Below are positions 1-13,540 of a stretch of DNA of 64,000 bases, piece by piece (position 1 is the first letter of the stretch; each line of letters starts with the position of its first letter). The stretch comes from Bispira polyomma (taxonomy: Eukaryota). The stretch covers positions 1,488,001-1,552,000 of the forward strand of contig OZ287758.1 of the NCBI GenBank assembly GCA_965649765.1, in the 5' to 3' direction. The position numbers were made by a program, and so were the translations under genes. Below the pieces are notes generated by a model. The model was not told the origin of the DNA. It was given only the letters and a program-made list of their open reading frames with translations, and searched no databases.

Positions 1-59
1 CTGTTACAACCTCAAAGCAACCGGTAATTGCTACCGCGCTTGCTCCCGTGACCGTAACA
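1..59 (+). mobile_element. 3' end of an LTR, same family as the solo LTR at 27069-27696
   Basis: 1-59 is a near-exact reverse complement of 27069-27127 and ends in ...TAACA. Truncated by the window start. Confidence 0.7.
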
Positions 60-279
60 CTGATTGAGAAAGCTGATGTAAACAATCATTGAACACATTA
101 CCACCGAAAACTTTGCAATCTCACACTAATCTGTTTACAGAAAAATTCAGTCTACAGAAAGTGCCCTCCTTTTCATCAGTAATGACAAAAACCTTGCCCT
201 CAATAGTGATGAAACTGTTGCCCTCCCTCACTAGACTTAGTAGCAGCAGTTGATATCATTGCCGATGATATAATAATTC

Positions 280-425
280 ATTGACAACCTTAGACAGTAG
301 TTCAGACTAAATGGCACTGTCCATAATTGGATTAGACGTTATCTGGTTCTCAGAACCCAAGAAATCAAATGATCAAAATGATCACTTGCCATCCTCTTTC
401 AACCTACATTTCGGAATACCCAGGA
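280..425 (+). mobile_element. Degenerate L2/CR1-group RT fragment
   Basis: Translates with lesions to LRQ*FRLNGTVHNWIRRYLVLRTQEIK...DHLPSSFNLHFGIP, which matches LKQWFGINGSVLKWIRSYLTLRAQRIK..DHLSSSIKLPYGVP in the LINE at 2273-3634. Confidence 0.65.
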
Positions 426-1026
426 TATGTTATTTAAAAAAATATTTTAAAAAAGTATTTAATTGATTTTTAAATCATTGAACTAATAACCATATAATAA
501 TCATGTTATAGTATGGGTCTCTTTGTCACTATTTCTGCTATTACCCTGGTATTACAATGGTTAAGAGAACTTGCAATTAACACCAAAATCTTATACTTTT
601 TATCTGCAATCAATTCGATATTTCATCTACTTGGTATACTGAAAAGGTAAGATTTCCAATATGTATATTACAATGAAAAATTGTATTGTATTAATTATTT
701 TCCAAAAAATAAATGTTCCTTGATATCTTTGTTATTATTAGTCATTGCATTTCTTTTGTCAAACTTGGTAACAGTAAAAGTACAGCCTACTATTGCTTAC
801 AGAGTAATTTTTAGCCATTTACAACTTGACATGTCGTCAGAACAGTTCAAAATTTCATAGCATATTTTGCCAATGCATCAAACTTTGACTGGTTAAATAT
901 TCCACAAAAGCACACCTTTGTTCACTTGGCCTCCCAAGTACAAAGCTGAGGTCACAGACTGTGTATCCACTTCAATCACGATATGCCACTATAGTGGTGT
1001 CCATTGATTCAAGTGGTGTCAATTCA

Positions 1027-2077
1027 TTAAAGAGTTGTTTCCATACAATCTTGGTCAATTGAGTGCGTACGTACCTTTATAACATTGAATCAATATGGCT
1101 TTTAATCTTCAGTGTTTTTAGATCTAACTTCACAGCCAGACACAATATGTTTACGTAAACACATTATACACAAAATCAATGAATCATTGTCACCAAAAAT
1201 TCCAGGATTTCTTTACTCAGTTCGTCAAATATGACATAAAACTTCTGTGGTGTCAAATAACGCCTCCACACAAACGTGTCACATATCGAGACCAGCACTC
1301 ACTCCCCACAATATGCTAACTGAACAACACACTATAAATGACGTCACTGGGAGTATATACGTTCCCAAACCTTCCATTATGACATCCTAGTTAGGTAATG
1401 ACTGGCCAGTACATATGTAAAAAATCGCCCCAACCCCCACCATATCTGTTCCTACTTCTAAAAGCATCACACACAAGGACATTAATATGAATATCACCCC
1501 CACCCACCCCGCGCCTGCCATTATATATACATACAGAGAGAGGGTGATAGCCTGTAATAATCAATGAAGTTAACACTGGTTCACGTGTGTTTATTTGGCC
1601 AATGCACTCATACATAGTTGTCAGGATATCTGTAATTTTATTGGGAGATGTGCATGAGTACATGGTGGTTCACGTATATAGCTGAGTTAAGGTTTTAATC
1701 TTAGTTTAATGCAATATTTAAGGTATAAAGTTGATAAAAGGTGTGACTAACATAAAATATAAACCTTAAACAAAATAATGGACTTATTAAATTTGATTTT
1801 TAGTGCTTTATAAATACGAGTTTTAAGTTAATTCTTTATTGTAACAACTCTGTACTTCTTGGCTTTCAGATTTGCATTGTGACGTCATAATGGAAGGGTT
1901 TGAAACGAAGGCAAAAAGGATGTAGAGTTTTGGGCTGTTATAATATTATTACAGTAAGTAATTTATTTATAACTTGTTGTAAACTTTCGATATATATAAA
2001 ATATAGGTATTAAGCAATGTTATTGTGTACAAAACAGGATTTTTAGAGAAGTTTAAATTTGAAGCTAATTCTTTAAG
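1027..2077. mobile_element. Possible non-autonomous DNA transposon (Kolobok-like, TTAA ends)
   Basis: Imperfect terminal IRs ttaaagagttgtttcc / gaagctaattctttaa, and an internal inverted pair caaaccttccattatgacatc (~1366) / gacgtcataatggaagggtttg (~1880). No coding capacity. Confidence 0.35.
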
Positions 2078-2130
2078 GTAACAAGTCGATCAGTAGCCTT
2101 TTTTTTATTTTGTCGTGAATTTTCAATAGT

Positions 2131-4838
2131 TTATTATTATTATGGATTTTTAACGCGCTTTATTGATGCTAGGCATCTTCTAAAGTGCAACAGCAGAATC
2201 ATTAGTCCAATCATTAAGTCCGTGGAAATTGCAAAGTCGTAAGGAAGGAAGTGTGAGCGTGCACGAGGAAAGCTAAGGTGGGTAGGCAAGATTAAAAAGA
2301 TAGGTTTTAAGCTTTTTCCTAAAACCGATAAGCGTATCAACTGATCTGAGGTCGACTGGGAGACTGTTCCATAACCGTGGAGCTGCAGTGGAGAATGCTC
2401 TGAAACCCGCCTTTCTGATTGGTCTGACCGAAGTGACAGAGAGTCTGTTTCCTCTCTTACGGTTACTGAAGGAAAGAAGGGAGGCAAGGTAGGGTTGCTG
2501 TTGAGTGACTACAGCCTTAAAAGTGGTAACGTGAATCTTAAACAAAATTCGAGATTCAATGGGCAACCAGTGTAATTTTTTGAGGTAAGGAGTGACATCT
2601 GTGCGACAACCCAGGCGAAAAATGACCCTACATAGGTAGTTTTGGATGGACTGGAGCTTTTTAATGTTTGACTTGTTTGCTTTGTACAAGAGAGAATTGC
2701 AGTAGTCGAGGCGGCTACTCACAAGGGCATTTGCCACAGTTATCGCTGTGTCCATGGACAAGTGGTTTCTGATTCTTTTGATGTCACGTATGTGGTAATA
2801 GCAGGAGCGACAGATGTTGGCAACATGCGTATCAAACGAAAAAGCTGAATCAAAAGTGACACCCAGGTTTTTAGCATTTTCGGAAGGTAGTATGTCTTTT
2901 CCCAGCAGGGAGATGGGAAACAAAGATTTTAGGAGTTCACTGTTTTTCTTGTTTCCTATGAGGATGAATTCTGTTTTGTCCGGGTTAAGCTTTAGTTTGG
3001 AGTAGTTCATCCACGCCTGGATATCAGACAGACAGTCTGCAAGTAGGTCTATGTTAGTATCTGCATTTTGTGGGTTGATGGAGAGATAGACTTGAGTGTC
3101 GTCTGCATACATGTGGTGCTTTATATTGTGTTTATTGATGACAGTGCTGAGAGGATGTGTATAAAGGGTGAAAAGTAGAGGACCAAGGACGGATCCCTGG
3201 GGTACTCCATATGGAAGTTTTATGGAAGATGATAGGTGATCATCTAGTTTAATTCTTTGTGCTCTAAGAGTAAGGTAGGATCTGATCCATTTAAGGACAC
3301 TGCCATTTATACCGAACCACTGCTTGAGAGTGTCGCAGAGCAGGACATGATCAATAGTGTCGAAAGCAGCTGAGAGATCTAGAAGGGTGAGGGCCACTGT
3401 GTCGTTGCGGTCCAGTGCAAGATTGATATCATTGCTAATTGAAAAAAGGGCACTTTCTGTAGAGTGAAATTTTCTATAAGCAGACTGATGGCGATTTTGA
3501 ATGTTTTGTCTATTAAGGTGGTCAGAAATTTGTTCAGCTACAGCTTTCTCGATGACTTTTGAGACGAAGCTGAGGTTTGACACCGGTCTGTAGTTTTTGA
3601 GCTGGTTTTTATCAAGCCCTTGTTTTTTAATCAAGGGAGTTACGTTTGCCGTCTTGAAACAGGTGGGAAAAACACCATCCCGAAGAGAAAAATTTAATAT
3701 ATTTGTTATGGGTGTGACAAGAATGTCAAGACATTGACTCAGTATAACTGCTGGGATGGGATCTAAGTCACAAGATTTAATGGTAGAGGATTTGATGAGT
3801 TTCAGAACTTCAGGCTCTGACAGTGTACTAAAATGAAACAGGTTACAAACCTTATATCCTGGGGCTGGAGGGTTGAAGTGATGTATCGTTGGGAAGGTGT
3901 CACGAATTTTGCCGATTTTTTCAATAAAAAATTTTCCAAATTTTTCTGCTAAAAAAGTAAGGCAGTGGTTTATGGGGAGAACTTTCTCTGATGTTCGATG
4001 TAGAATTTTGTTTATGGAGGCCCATAACCTTTTGAGATTATCCTGATTTTCAGTGATGATGGAGTCGTAGTGTTTCTTTTTGGCATCAGTTATTAACCTG
4101 TTGTAATTATTTGTGGCGATACGGTAACGGCTTCTGTCTAAGGAGGATTTTGTGCGTCGCCATTGACGCTCAAGTTGGCGTTTGCGTCTTTTGGCCTCTG
4201 TAATGGCGGCATTGGTCCATTCATGGGTGTTAGTTGGGGGAAGGGTTTTTGATACCCATGGCGCATGTTTATCGAGGACAGTAGAAAGGCAGTGATTGTA
4301 TTGTAGGCTAAGGCTTTCAGCATTTTTGCATGGATTTTTGATGAGATTAGTTTCCAGGATATCGTCTCTAAATTTGTTTATATTGATTTTTCTGATGTTT
4401 CTGTATTTTATGACACGAGGTCTATGTGAGGCAGGTATTGGTAAATTTAAATAGGCGAAGGTTGCTAGGTGATCTGAAATCCCATCAGTTACCCATGATT
4501 CTCTGATGAGATTTGAATTTGGTCTTGCGATTACCAGATCGAGTATGTGATTGTGGATGTGGGTTGAAGTAGAGATAAACTGTGAGAACCCAAAAGTGTC
4601 GAGGAGGGTGTTGAAATCTTTTGTCGTGGTATTATCTATCTCAAGCTAGATGTTGAAATCACCAAGGATGATAGCTTCAAATGGGAGAAGGTTAAGGGTC
4701 TCTAGGAATTCGGAAAACCCTTGATTAAAACTAGTTAAAGAAGGGATGGGTGGTCTGTAAAAGGAGGAAACTAGGAATGAATGATTTCCGTTTGAAATTT
4801 TGCATGAAATGTGTTCGAAAGACATGTGTTTATAAATG
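2131..4838 (-). mobile_element. 5'-truncated L2/CR1-group LINE (APE endonuclease + RT ORF2, 3' UTR, (TAA)n tail)
   Basis: One frame runs from ~4838 to 2273 with the APE motifs SFE, YRPP, GDFNI, THIHNHILDLVI and SDH, the RT motifs NYRPVSNL, LLDLSAAFDTIDH, GVPQGSVLGP and YADD, and the L2-type C-terminus LHWLPI...PRLWNSLP...LKTYLF. The 3' end has taa repeats. Confidence 0.93.
2273..4645 (-). CDS. LINE ORF2 (endonuclease C-terminal part + reverse transcriptase), no intact 5' start
   Basis: Manual translation extends the listed 2273-3634 ORF upstream without a stop as far as a single TAG at 4646-4648 (GDFNI*). Confidence 0.85.
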   Translation of the reverse strand, partial: LEIDNTTTKDFNTLLDTFGFSQFISTSTHIHNHILDLVIARPNSNLIRESWVTDGISDHLATFAYLNLPIPASHRPRVIKYRNIRKININKFRDDILETNLIKNPCKNAESLSLQYNHCLSTVLDKHAPWVSKTLPPTNTHEWTNAAITEAKRRKRQLERQWRRTKSSLDRSRYRIATNNYNRLITDAKKKHYDSIITENQDNLKRLWASINKILHRTSEKVLPINHCLTFLAEKFGKFFIEKIGKIRDTFPTIHHFNPPAPGYKVCNLFHFSTLSEPEVLKLIKSSTIKSCDLDPIPAVILSQCLDILVTPITNILNFSLRDGVFPTCFKTANVTPLIKKQGLDKNQLKNYRPVSNLSFVSKVIEKAVAEQISDHLNRQNIQNRHQSAYRKFHSTESALFSISNDINLALDRNDTVALTLLDLSAAFDTIDHVLLCDTLKQWFGINGSVLKWIRSYLTLRAQRIKLDDHLSSSIKLPYGVPQGSVLGPLLFTLYTHPLSTVINKHNIKHHMYADDTQVYLSINPQNADTNIDLLADCLSDIQAWMNYSKLKLNPDKTEFILIGNKKNSELLKSLFPISLLGKDILPSENAKNLGVTFDSAFSFDTHVANICRSCYYHIRDIKRIRNHLSMDTAITVANALVSSRLDYCNSLLYKANKSNIKKLQSIQNYLCRVIFRLGCRTDVTPYLKKLHWLPIESRILFKIHVTTFKAVVTQQQPYLASLLSFSNRKRGNRLSVTSVRPIRKAGFRAFSTAAPRLWNSLPVDLRSVDTLIGFRKKLKTYLFNLAYPP

Positions 4839-7800
4839 TGTTTAGACCCTTTTCAGACTGTTTTTGTGGTCTTTTAAACTATATATATTAATACAATTAT
4901 ATTTTTATAAGTGGTTAATAAATGTAAAACAATCCTTGTGGTGTGTGTTAAACAAATATATGACCCAAGAAAATGAAACACACAAAACTTGATTGTATTG
5001 ATTATCTTCATTCGTCATATATTTGTTTACTACACACCACTCAGGTAGTTTTATAGCCAAGCTATAAAGCTCTCTTCTCATTCGTTAAAACATGGCTGTG
5101 CCGGTTCTTGGAGGGAAAATATCATTCTTGTAAACATTGTGAACGAGTCAACAATGACAAATTTGTTCCCACTCTATCACAATACCCTTTACAAAAATAA
5201 TTGTCATAAGTATCTAACAGTATAGCTGTAGTTTCAGATGGTGTTGTACGTTGCAAGGCCGTGGTAAAAGTCACAGGCAGGCAAGCAAGGAACCTGGAGA
5301 GCAAGGCAAATCATGGGCTGGCAGGAATCAAACCAGAACAGAGTGGATGGCCATTAAAGGAGAAATTGTGTAATGAACGATTGGCACTTTGTGCAGACAA
5401 GAGAGTAATACAGAATAATCACCTTCACCTGAGAATGACATCATTAAGGTTAAGGAACTGTATTGTTCAGTCGTGTAAGGTGTATTAAAAAATGAGCTAG
5501 TAGAAGGTGATAAACATATACAGATAATAGACTCACTCAAATATAACGGTTGAAGTAATCTGCTGGCCCAGCAAGATACATATAAATATGTAGCTCAAGA
5601 ATGTACAGTAACAATGCTCTCCCTGGTAACCGGTTCCATGTTATTCTAATTTACACTATTGTTTTATATTTAATTTGAAACTTTCTTTTAATGTTTTTAA
5701 CTCCCTCTTTACAAGGGTTCATTGTTCTTAGTGATTGTTTTATATACAAACAGCGTTCCTGTATGGTGCTGTCTATTGGTGCCGACTTACCTGTTTGCTG
5801 ATATATATACATATTTTTTTATCCCCTGTATAAAAGCTTTATATAACACATGAAATAGATTAAATTGTCACATCATGCATGGCTTACATAGATACGCTGA
5901 CTGCATTTTCATAGAATAAGAGCTTATATATTAAGACAATAACATATATATGCTTAACAAGTAATATAGTAACTAAACATAGTATAATGTATGTGTATAA
6001 CATGTCTCATATGTAAACAGTAACACAATAACTGAAATACTGGCACTAGGTTAACTTTAAAAATCAAATCCCAAAAATCAATTCAATTAAAAACACGGTT
6101 TAAAATCTCAACCTACTAAGGTCACCTTAAAACATAAGGTTACCTTAAATTATTTGGCAAACTTAAATATATAAGGCCACCTGAAAAACTTAAGGTCGCC
6201 TTACCCATAAACTCACAAATGGTAATTAATTAAAACCTGGTGCCCAAGTTAAGGTGACCTCAAAAGATTGAGGTCACCTTAACTTTGTGTATATAGAAAT
6301 GTCAAATAACTGGTGTTGTATATAATGTATGTAGTAGTAGAAATTTTAAATAAAAATTTTACCCACAAGAACTGGCTTCGCTTACAAGGTCAAACAAGAT
6401 CAGAGATAGAGACTGCGCACCCATTCCATTCCAGCAAATAGTATCTACCTGTCCCAATGGAGATCTAAAAGCCATGAAGTGAAAATGTACTTTATAGAAT
6501 TAACTTCAAATTTGTTTTAAAAAGAACTAACAATCAAGTTCAATGTACTATTATGTAGTTTTACGTTTATATGTTATGTTAACTACACTTTGTAACAACT
6601 TTCTGCCTAAAATATTACGTATTGACTATTAAACACTAAAAACATTGAAACTCCTTGAAACTAATACACGGCCGTCAGCAGTTCTGAACGATTTGTCCTG
6701 AATTTTGTAAACAAATTCTTGACAAAATAAATTAAAAAGCACCAAATAAATAAATAAATAAAAATAAAGAACAATACTTATTTAATACTATTACCTGTTT
6801 GAGAAACTATATTTATATCCCTGTGGTTGACTGGAATAGTGCCAAATGATGTATTAAAAACTGTCAAACAGAAAATGACTAAAATTGGCTATTTTGCTTG
6901 TTTACATGAGCCTGTAGTGTACAAAGTCAGAATGTGCTGAGTCATAACAGCAGTACTTTAAATGTGTACATAATGAAGCCAATGTTTAGCTGTACCTGCT
7001 TGGGGTCTTTAACTGTTTAACTCATGGATATTAATGTAAATACAAGTCAGAAGACTGGGAACATAAGTAAGATTAGTGTCTGAAAGTGTGTCAACCAAGC
7101 TAGCAGAATAAAAGCAGAAGAGTTTCCAAACCAGTATTGTTATATTGAAATTGATAAGGCTAGCACTCCAAAATCTTATCCACTTTAAATTAAAATATGA
7201 TTTAAACTAAACATTATTGTGTGTTAAATGTTTGAATAATATTAAAACTATTGACAGAAAAGGGACAACATGGTCATAAAGAACATAATAGCATGTATAT
7301 TTGCTTGCGTTAAATACTTGTTTTGATACTTACGTGGATTTTATTTGTATTTTCGTTCAGAATTGCCTATGGTTGTGTACAATTTTCATATCCATGTTCA
7401 CATATCAACCACCAAATCTCTGTATTTCACTGCCAAGTGGATAATAAGGTTTATTACTAGCTAGATAATGTTTTGTATCAGTTAGTATATGTATTAATAG
7501 GGATAATTCATAGGAGCATAACACATTATTACAGAATCGTTTACTGGGTTGCTATTAGCAACAACTAACACCAAAAGGTTGACCTTAAAACAATTGTTAT
7601 GTAGAGTTCTATGGAGTATATGATGAGTTATTCACAGTTACTAGTTAACCATACTGTATTGCCATAGGCAATTATTGATGCTGGACACAGAACATTCCAC
7701 AAGGTGTGTGTACTGTCCACAATGCACTGGCTCATATGAAAAGATAAGTCAGGATGGCCCAAAGGATAAGTCCTTACCCCACCAAGACCTCATAAAGAAG

Positions 7801-8769
7801 AGTTTGCCAGTCCTCCCAAGCAGGTACTTCTAATTACTAGGTCACCGCAACCTCTCAATATTTCTATTTGCCAAACACATTGGGAGAGTGATGCTCTGTT
7901 CGGAAAATGGAATGTGCTTAAATAAAACAAAGGAAACATGTTATACACTTGAATATTGAGGCAATAGAGGGTCTGCTGTATGTGGACAATCTAGAGTTTA
8001 TGTAGGCATGGCAATTGGTACACAGTGATAATGTTTTAGGTAGCAGGGCAATTCTGTTTGCAGCAACTCTGGATTCGGTGGTCATAATGCACCCTTATAA
8101 AGTAGATATTCAGACAGGCTAGAACTGATGTGTGTAAAAACTTTCAATCATTGATCCTAACATCAACAAATTAATTCTAGAACTCTAGACATGCACAGAA
8201 GTTGGTTATTTATATGAAAACTGACAATAAGCAACAATTGAAAGTTTCATAATTTATAAAGAGGCATCAGACTCTACCAACTGTTTCTCAGGTAGTAAAA
8301 TGGCCGCCACGTATTAAAGCTAAATAGTATGTTTGTCGGGTTGGAATCAATCAGGTATGTATTGGTACATGTAGTTTAGGGGGAAGAGGAAAGAAATGAT
8401 GAAACGTCCAGTGGAAATTTCAATAATACAGTGAGATCAAGGAGCACACAAATTCGAGAATCTGTGTTTCATGTTTGTTAGTATAATCAATCAAAAGCAA
8501 TACACACTGATTCACATATAAAAAAGGCTACCAATATTTTCGTGATGTACTGTGCGCTTTCTGACGCCCTCGATATACAGTGCACCGACCATAGATCTGC
8601 CAGTAACAGATCAGCCGTGTACCTGGGCAAGTTAGAACATCTGATCCCAACACATCAGGCCAAAAATCAGGAACAATTAGACCAAAATATCTGTCCTATT
8701 TAGTAAGATTCCTTGCTGTTATTTTGACGACATCATCACAAAAATGTACAATATATAGTGCAAGAAGCT

Positions 8770-9260
8770 TGGGGACCTTTACGACATTTTACAGTCACCT
8801 CCAAAGACTTAGGCGATTTAACAGTTACCCCCTGACCTTTAGGCGATTTTGACATTCACCTCCCTGACATCTAGGCAATTTTACAGTCACCTCCCAGACC
8901 TCTATGCGATTATTCCTTTACCTCCCAGACATCTAGGTGATTATACAGTCACCTCCCAGACATCTAGGCGATTATACAGTCACCTCCCAGACATCTAGGT
9001 TATTATTCAGTCATTTACCAGACATCTAGGTTATTATACAGTCACCTCCCAGACATCTAGGTTATTATTCAGTCATTTACCAGACATCTAGGGGATTATA
9101 CAGTCACCTCCCAGACGTCTAGGTTATTATACAGTCACCTCCCAGACATCTAGGTGATTATACAGTCACCTCCCAGACATCTAGGTTATTATACAGTCAC
9201 CTCCCTGACACCTAGGTTATTATACAGTCACCTCCCTCACAGCTGGGAGATTTCTCCCAC
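8770..9260. repeat. ~31-bp minisatellite (cagtcacctcccagacatctaggttattata), about 14 copies
   Basis: Visible tandem units. Related motifs (acctcccaaggtttaggcgatt) recur at 49195-49312. Confidence 0.88.
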
Positions 9261-10707
9261 AATTTAGCCAGTTTTACTCCTATTATCGGAACTTCAATTA
9301 TCCAAATATTTAATTTTATTAACTCATTTTTAGTCTCCTAAATCAATGTTTCCCCCGTTGTTTATAAAGAAATGAACCTTCTGTTAGCCAAACTCAAATG
9401 TTACTCTCCCAACATGTTTAGATAATTGTACTTGTATTTCCTGATCACTATCACTTCTAAGTCACAGTTACTTCTCCAAGATAAACAAAAATTAGAATTC
9501 AACATTTGTACCAAAACAATCTACGCACCAGACAAAATATTGGAAGCAAGTATAAACTTTGTGTGACACACAGGTTTCAAAGACGTAAATGATTAAGACA
9601 GGCTTCAAAGGTAATTAGGGATCACAACTCCAAGGACAAAGTGAGGTCAGACGATAAACGTATGGAAGCCACAGGTAAGAATGTGATATTATCAAAAGCT
9701 CTATCAAAGTAAATCTAGACTAGCATCCGTGGGTCGGTTGTTTCAGCAACATTAATAGGGAAGAAGCTGATGTTGATTGTAAAATTCAAATGTTAGAGTA
9801 CCTAGGTGACTTAACAGAAGTTTCTCTTGGCTTTTCTTGGAATGCTGTAAAAGGCAAAAGTTAGACCGTGTTCGATGGGCTCCTGCTCAAAAAGTGATTA
9901 ATTCCACTTATGCTTTAGATAAACTACTGGGAACGCTTCCCCATTCAGATACTATCAAAAGGGTACTTGTCCCCAAAATGGTACTTGCCCCCAAAAGGGG
10001 TAGTATCATCACACGAAAGGTCAGCCATACTTGCATGTTTGCAGTCATTGCCTTTAATCTGGGAAGTCACATGAACACACGGCAAAATACTGTCGTAATA
10101 GTAGAGTGATATAGTTATGTGTGCAGTTTTTGTGATAGTCTTAACTGGAGGGCAGACTGGGCCCGTTTTCAAAACAAAACATATACAGATGTTGTGGATA
10201 AAGTACAAAAATTTAGTTCTGCAAATTTGAAAGCCAAAGTACTGAAAGTGATACTAGTACTAGTGCTTGAATGTAAATTAATATTGCGTATGTGTTGTAC
10301 GTCACATAGTTGTTAGCAGGGATTACAGGATGAATACTGTATAGAATAAATTACCTTATGATAATGGCAATGAAGATGATTATATCAATTGGATGTACAT
10401 TTATTATTAATAATATATTAATATATAGATTTTTAGAAATGCCTCATCTTTACAGATTCGATTTTCTTAAAAGTTTTTTAACAAATTATAATTTTTTAAT
10501 GTGATATTTGAGTCAATATTGAAAAAAGAAAAATCATTTGAAAGACATTTTAAACAATCTAACTTTGACAATGTCTTCATAACCATTTATTTTAATTCAG
10601 CTGCGTAACACTTGTCATGAACTACATAATAAGAGCTGTATGATAATACCAAAACGAACATTTTAGGTGAAGTATTTATATAAATGCAGTCATTTAATCA
10701 TATTTTC

Positions 10708-11400
10708 ATCCGTCATCCGAAAATAATCGGCTCCCAAATAGGAGGTGACTTCGATCAGGTGTATTCTACTTCTCTATTTTGTTATATCTTTTTTTTTCGG
10801 ATGATGGAAGCCGACGTCGGATAATAGATTCAGAAGCAATATATTTGCCCCATTACACTTTTCAAATGGAGAATAGATTTACACCTTTTCTCACCACTAA
10901 ATGGGTTGATGGTGACAGAGGTGTGGAAAATAACATAGTCACAAAACCACATATAAAGCGGTGAATATTTCTCCCTAAATTAGGCATTTGGTGTCCATTT
11001 CCGTCATTCGATGTCCGAATTTGCAAATACACTACATCCAAATATATTTATTATGTATTTTTATATATTGGTTTTTTTTATTTAAACATAGCGTATCTGC
11101 GATATACCAACAGATCTTATTATATTTAAGGAATGAAGACTAAATATATAACATTTGGAAAATAATTGTCCATAAAAACATCAACCTAAAAAATCAATGC
11201 AATTTACTTAACCTTCCCATCCGTCATCGGAAAAAAACCCCGGTCTTGGACCGATTTTGAAAATTCGGTCCCGATTCAGAAGTGACATCGGCCAGGTGTA
11301 TTCTACTTCTCTATTTTCTTTGTTTTTAACTTTTTTTCGGTTGATGGAAACGGACGTTGGATGATGGATTCGGAAGCAAAATCAGCCAGGTATATTCGCC
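10708..11400. repeat. Two diverged direct copies (~10708-10840, ~11217-11380) of a unit with an internal inverted repeat
   Basis: catccgtcat(c/cg)gaaaa...caggtgtattctacttctctatttt...ttttcgg..gatggaa..cgacgt.ggat..t.gattc.gaagcaa occurs twice. Confidence 0.6.
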
Positions 11401-12889
11401 CCTTTAACCTGACAACACTTTAAAATCACGATAAAGAAGCATACTTAAGTGAAGAATTTGGGGCAATTATTCTTTAAGCATTCTTACCGATACAGGAGAA
11501 TTTGCAGTTTCCTTACCTTCAAATAAGCTTATGGATTTTGGATTTAATGGATTTATTGTATTTGATAAATCAGTTGCAATTATGAAATAGTTAAGTTTCC
11601 TTTGCTGTACACTTTAGAATGATATCTTATTGGTTAAATTAATAAAAAAATAATAATTTTATTAAAATAAATCTTATTTTCGGATATACCTTAGTGCAAA
11701 TTGGCCACAGAAGCAAAACTCCACAATAACAATAAGTTAAAGCAGCCAATACCAAGACTAACATGGGTAAATGGTAAAAGGAGTTAGACATACACTGGTC
11801 TATGGAATTTCACGTATTTTTTCCTTACCTAAGACATGTAGCCATTCTCAAGCGATTCACAGGGTTCATCAGCCACTACACCAGCCACAGAGAGAACCTA
11901 TCCAATATGTTTAGGACATTTTTGTTCTACTGTTGTTTCTCCCAGGTCAGCCCTCACTTTATGTCTCCATTACTGTCACTGGGATTTCTAGAATTCTTAG
12001 TGGTTAATAATGTTTAATCCACTTCTATTGTAAGTTACCTCTCAGCCATTAAGACAAAAATGGCCATATAAGGCTAAACTTTTCTGACCTTAGAATAAGA
12101 TACTATCAAAAATCACTAGTATAGAATGGGCCAAGTTTTTAAGACAATCTCACAATACCCCTCATACAACTGGCCATAGGCGACGTCATATTCATTCCGC
12201 CTTGTCTCCATCTAATAATAAAATGGACCAAAACAATGCAATGCAATAATATGCCCATAGTTAGTAAAATATCAAGTTTAAGCCATTCAAATATCTGTTG
12301 CAGCCATACAGTCCTTGTTAGCCATTACCCCTGGAGGTAGAGACACACCCCTGTTTCAGTTTTAGAAGGATTGTGTATGGTTACCTCTCACAGAGACCAG
12401 AGTGGAGCAAACCTGGCACAAAATCTCAAACGTCCTTTGTATAAACCAGCATACCAACTTTAAGTATATCCAACTCTAAAAGTATATAATGACTTTTTTG
12501 TACCCATTGATTTTTTAGATATCAAATATATATTCTCTACTAACTTACAATAATAACCTTAGCGATTGTATAGAATCAAGGGCGACATTTGGTTGAGATA
12601 TTCAAGCTTAAATACAAGTACCCAGCTTCAAAACCAGGGCGGCAAAAAGAGGGCGGCATTCCGATTCCATTCTGGTTTCAGTTATATTTTGAGGTATAGT
12701 ATATGCCCATGAATACCTGGCAGCTGAATGTCTGAGTGTCTGTACAAATATATTGTCTATAACCACAATGCTTCAGAGCAGGTGGCATTGGCTTTTAAGT
12801 TAAAATAAATTTCAAGTCCCGACAATATAAAACAAGAGGAAAGTGACCTTGTGGTCACAAATCTTGGAGACATGTATCTATTTCTCAAG

Positions 12890-13540
12890 CTGTCTACCTA
12901 AAAGTAAATCTGTCAATGTATAAGTTACAACAAAAAAATATTTGTCTACCTGTCTACCTATAACCTAAAATACAATTGTCAATATATAAGTTACAAAAAA
13001 GGAAATTATTTGACAACCTATTTAAATATTAAAAATATATTATTTGCCTACCTGTCGACCTGTGTACCTGAAAGTAGAAAAAAAAAAATTAATCAACCGT
13101 CTATCTGTCGACATGTCAACATGTAACCTGACAGGTTGACAAATCAAATTTCTTTCGTTTAAATTTTTTGAATAAAGGTGATTTTTTATGCTTTAGTATT
13201 TAGGGGAGTTAGCCATCATTCTTTAGCCTAAATATCTGTCACACATAAAGTTAGATATAATCCCCTAACCCCTTAAGCCTAAAATAATTTCGACCTGACA
13301 GCTTATCTTTTTTAAATAATTAAAAAATTGGTCTACCTGTCAACCTAACTACCTGTCTACCTGAAAAAAAATAAAATTTCTACCTGTCTACCTGTCGGTC
13401 TGTCTACCTAAAAAAAATTTTTTGGGGTTAACCTGTCGATCTGTCTACCTAGAAAAATATATATATATTTCTTTTTGTCAACCTGTCGACCTGTCTACCT
13501 AGAAAAATAATAATACTTTTTTTTTTGGGTCAACCTGAGA
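12890..13540. repeat. Cluster of short acctgtc(t/g)acct motifs, probably sub-terminal repeats of a DNA transposon
   Basis: More than ten copies of (t)acctgtctacct / ctgtcgacct separated by A/T tracts. Confidence 0.55.

Noticed and set aside
6960-8290. Possibly coding-derived, moderately GC-richer stretch
   Set aside because: No sustained ORF or recognisable motif in any frame by eye.
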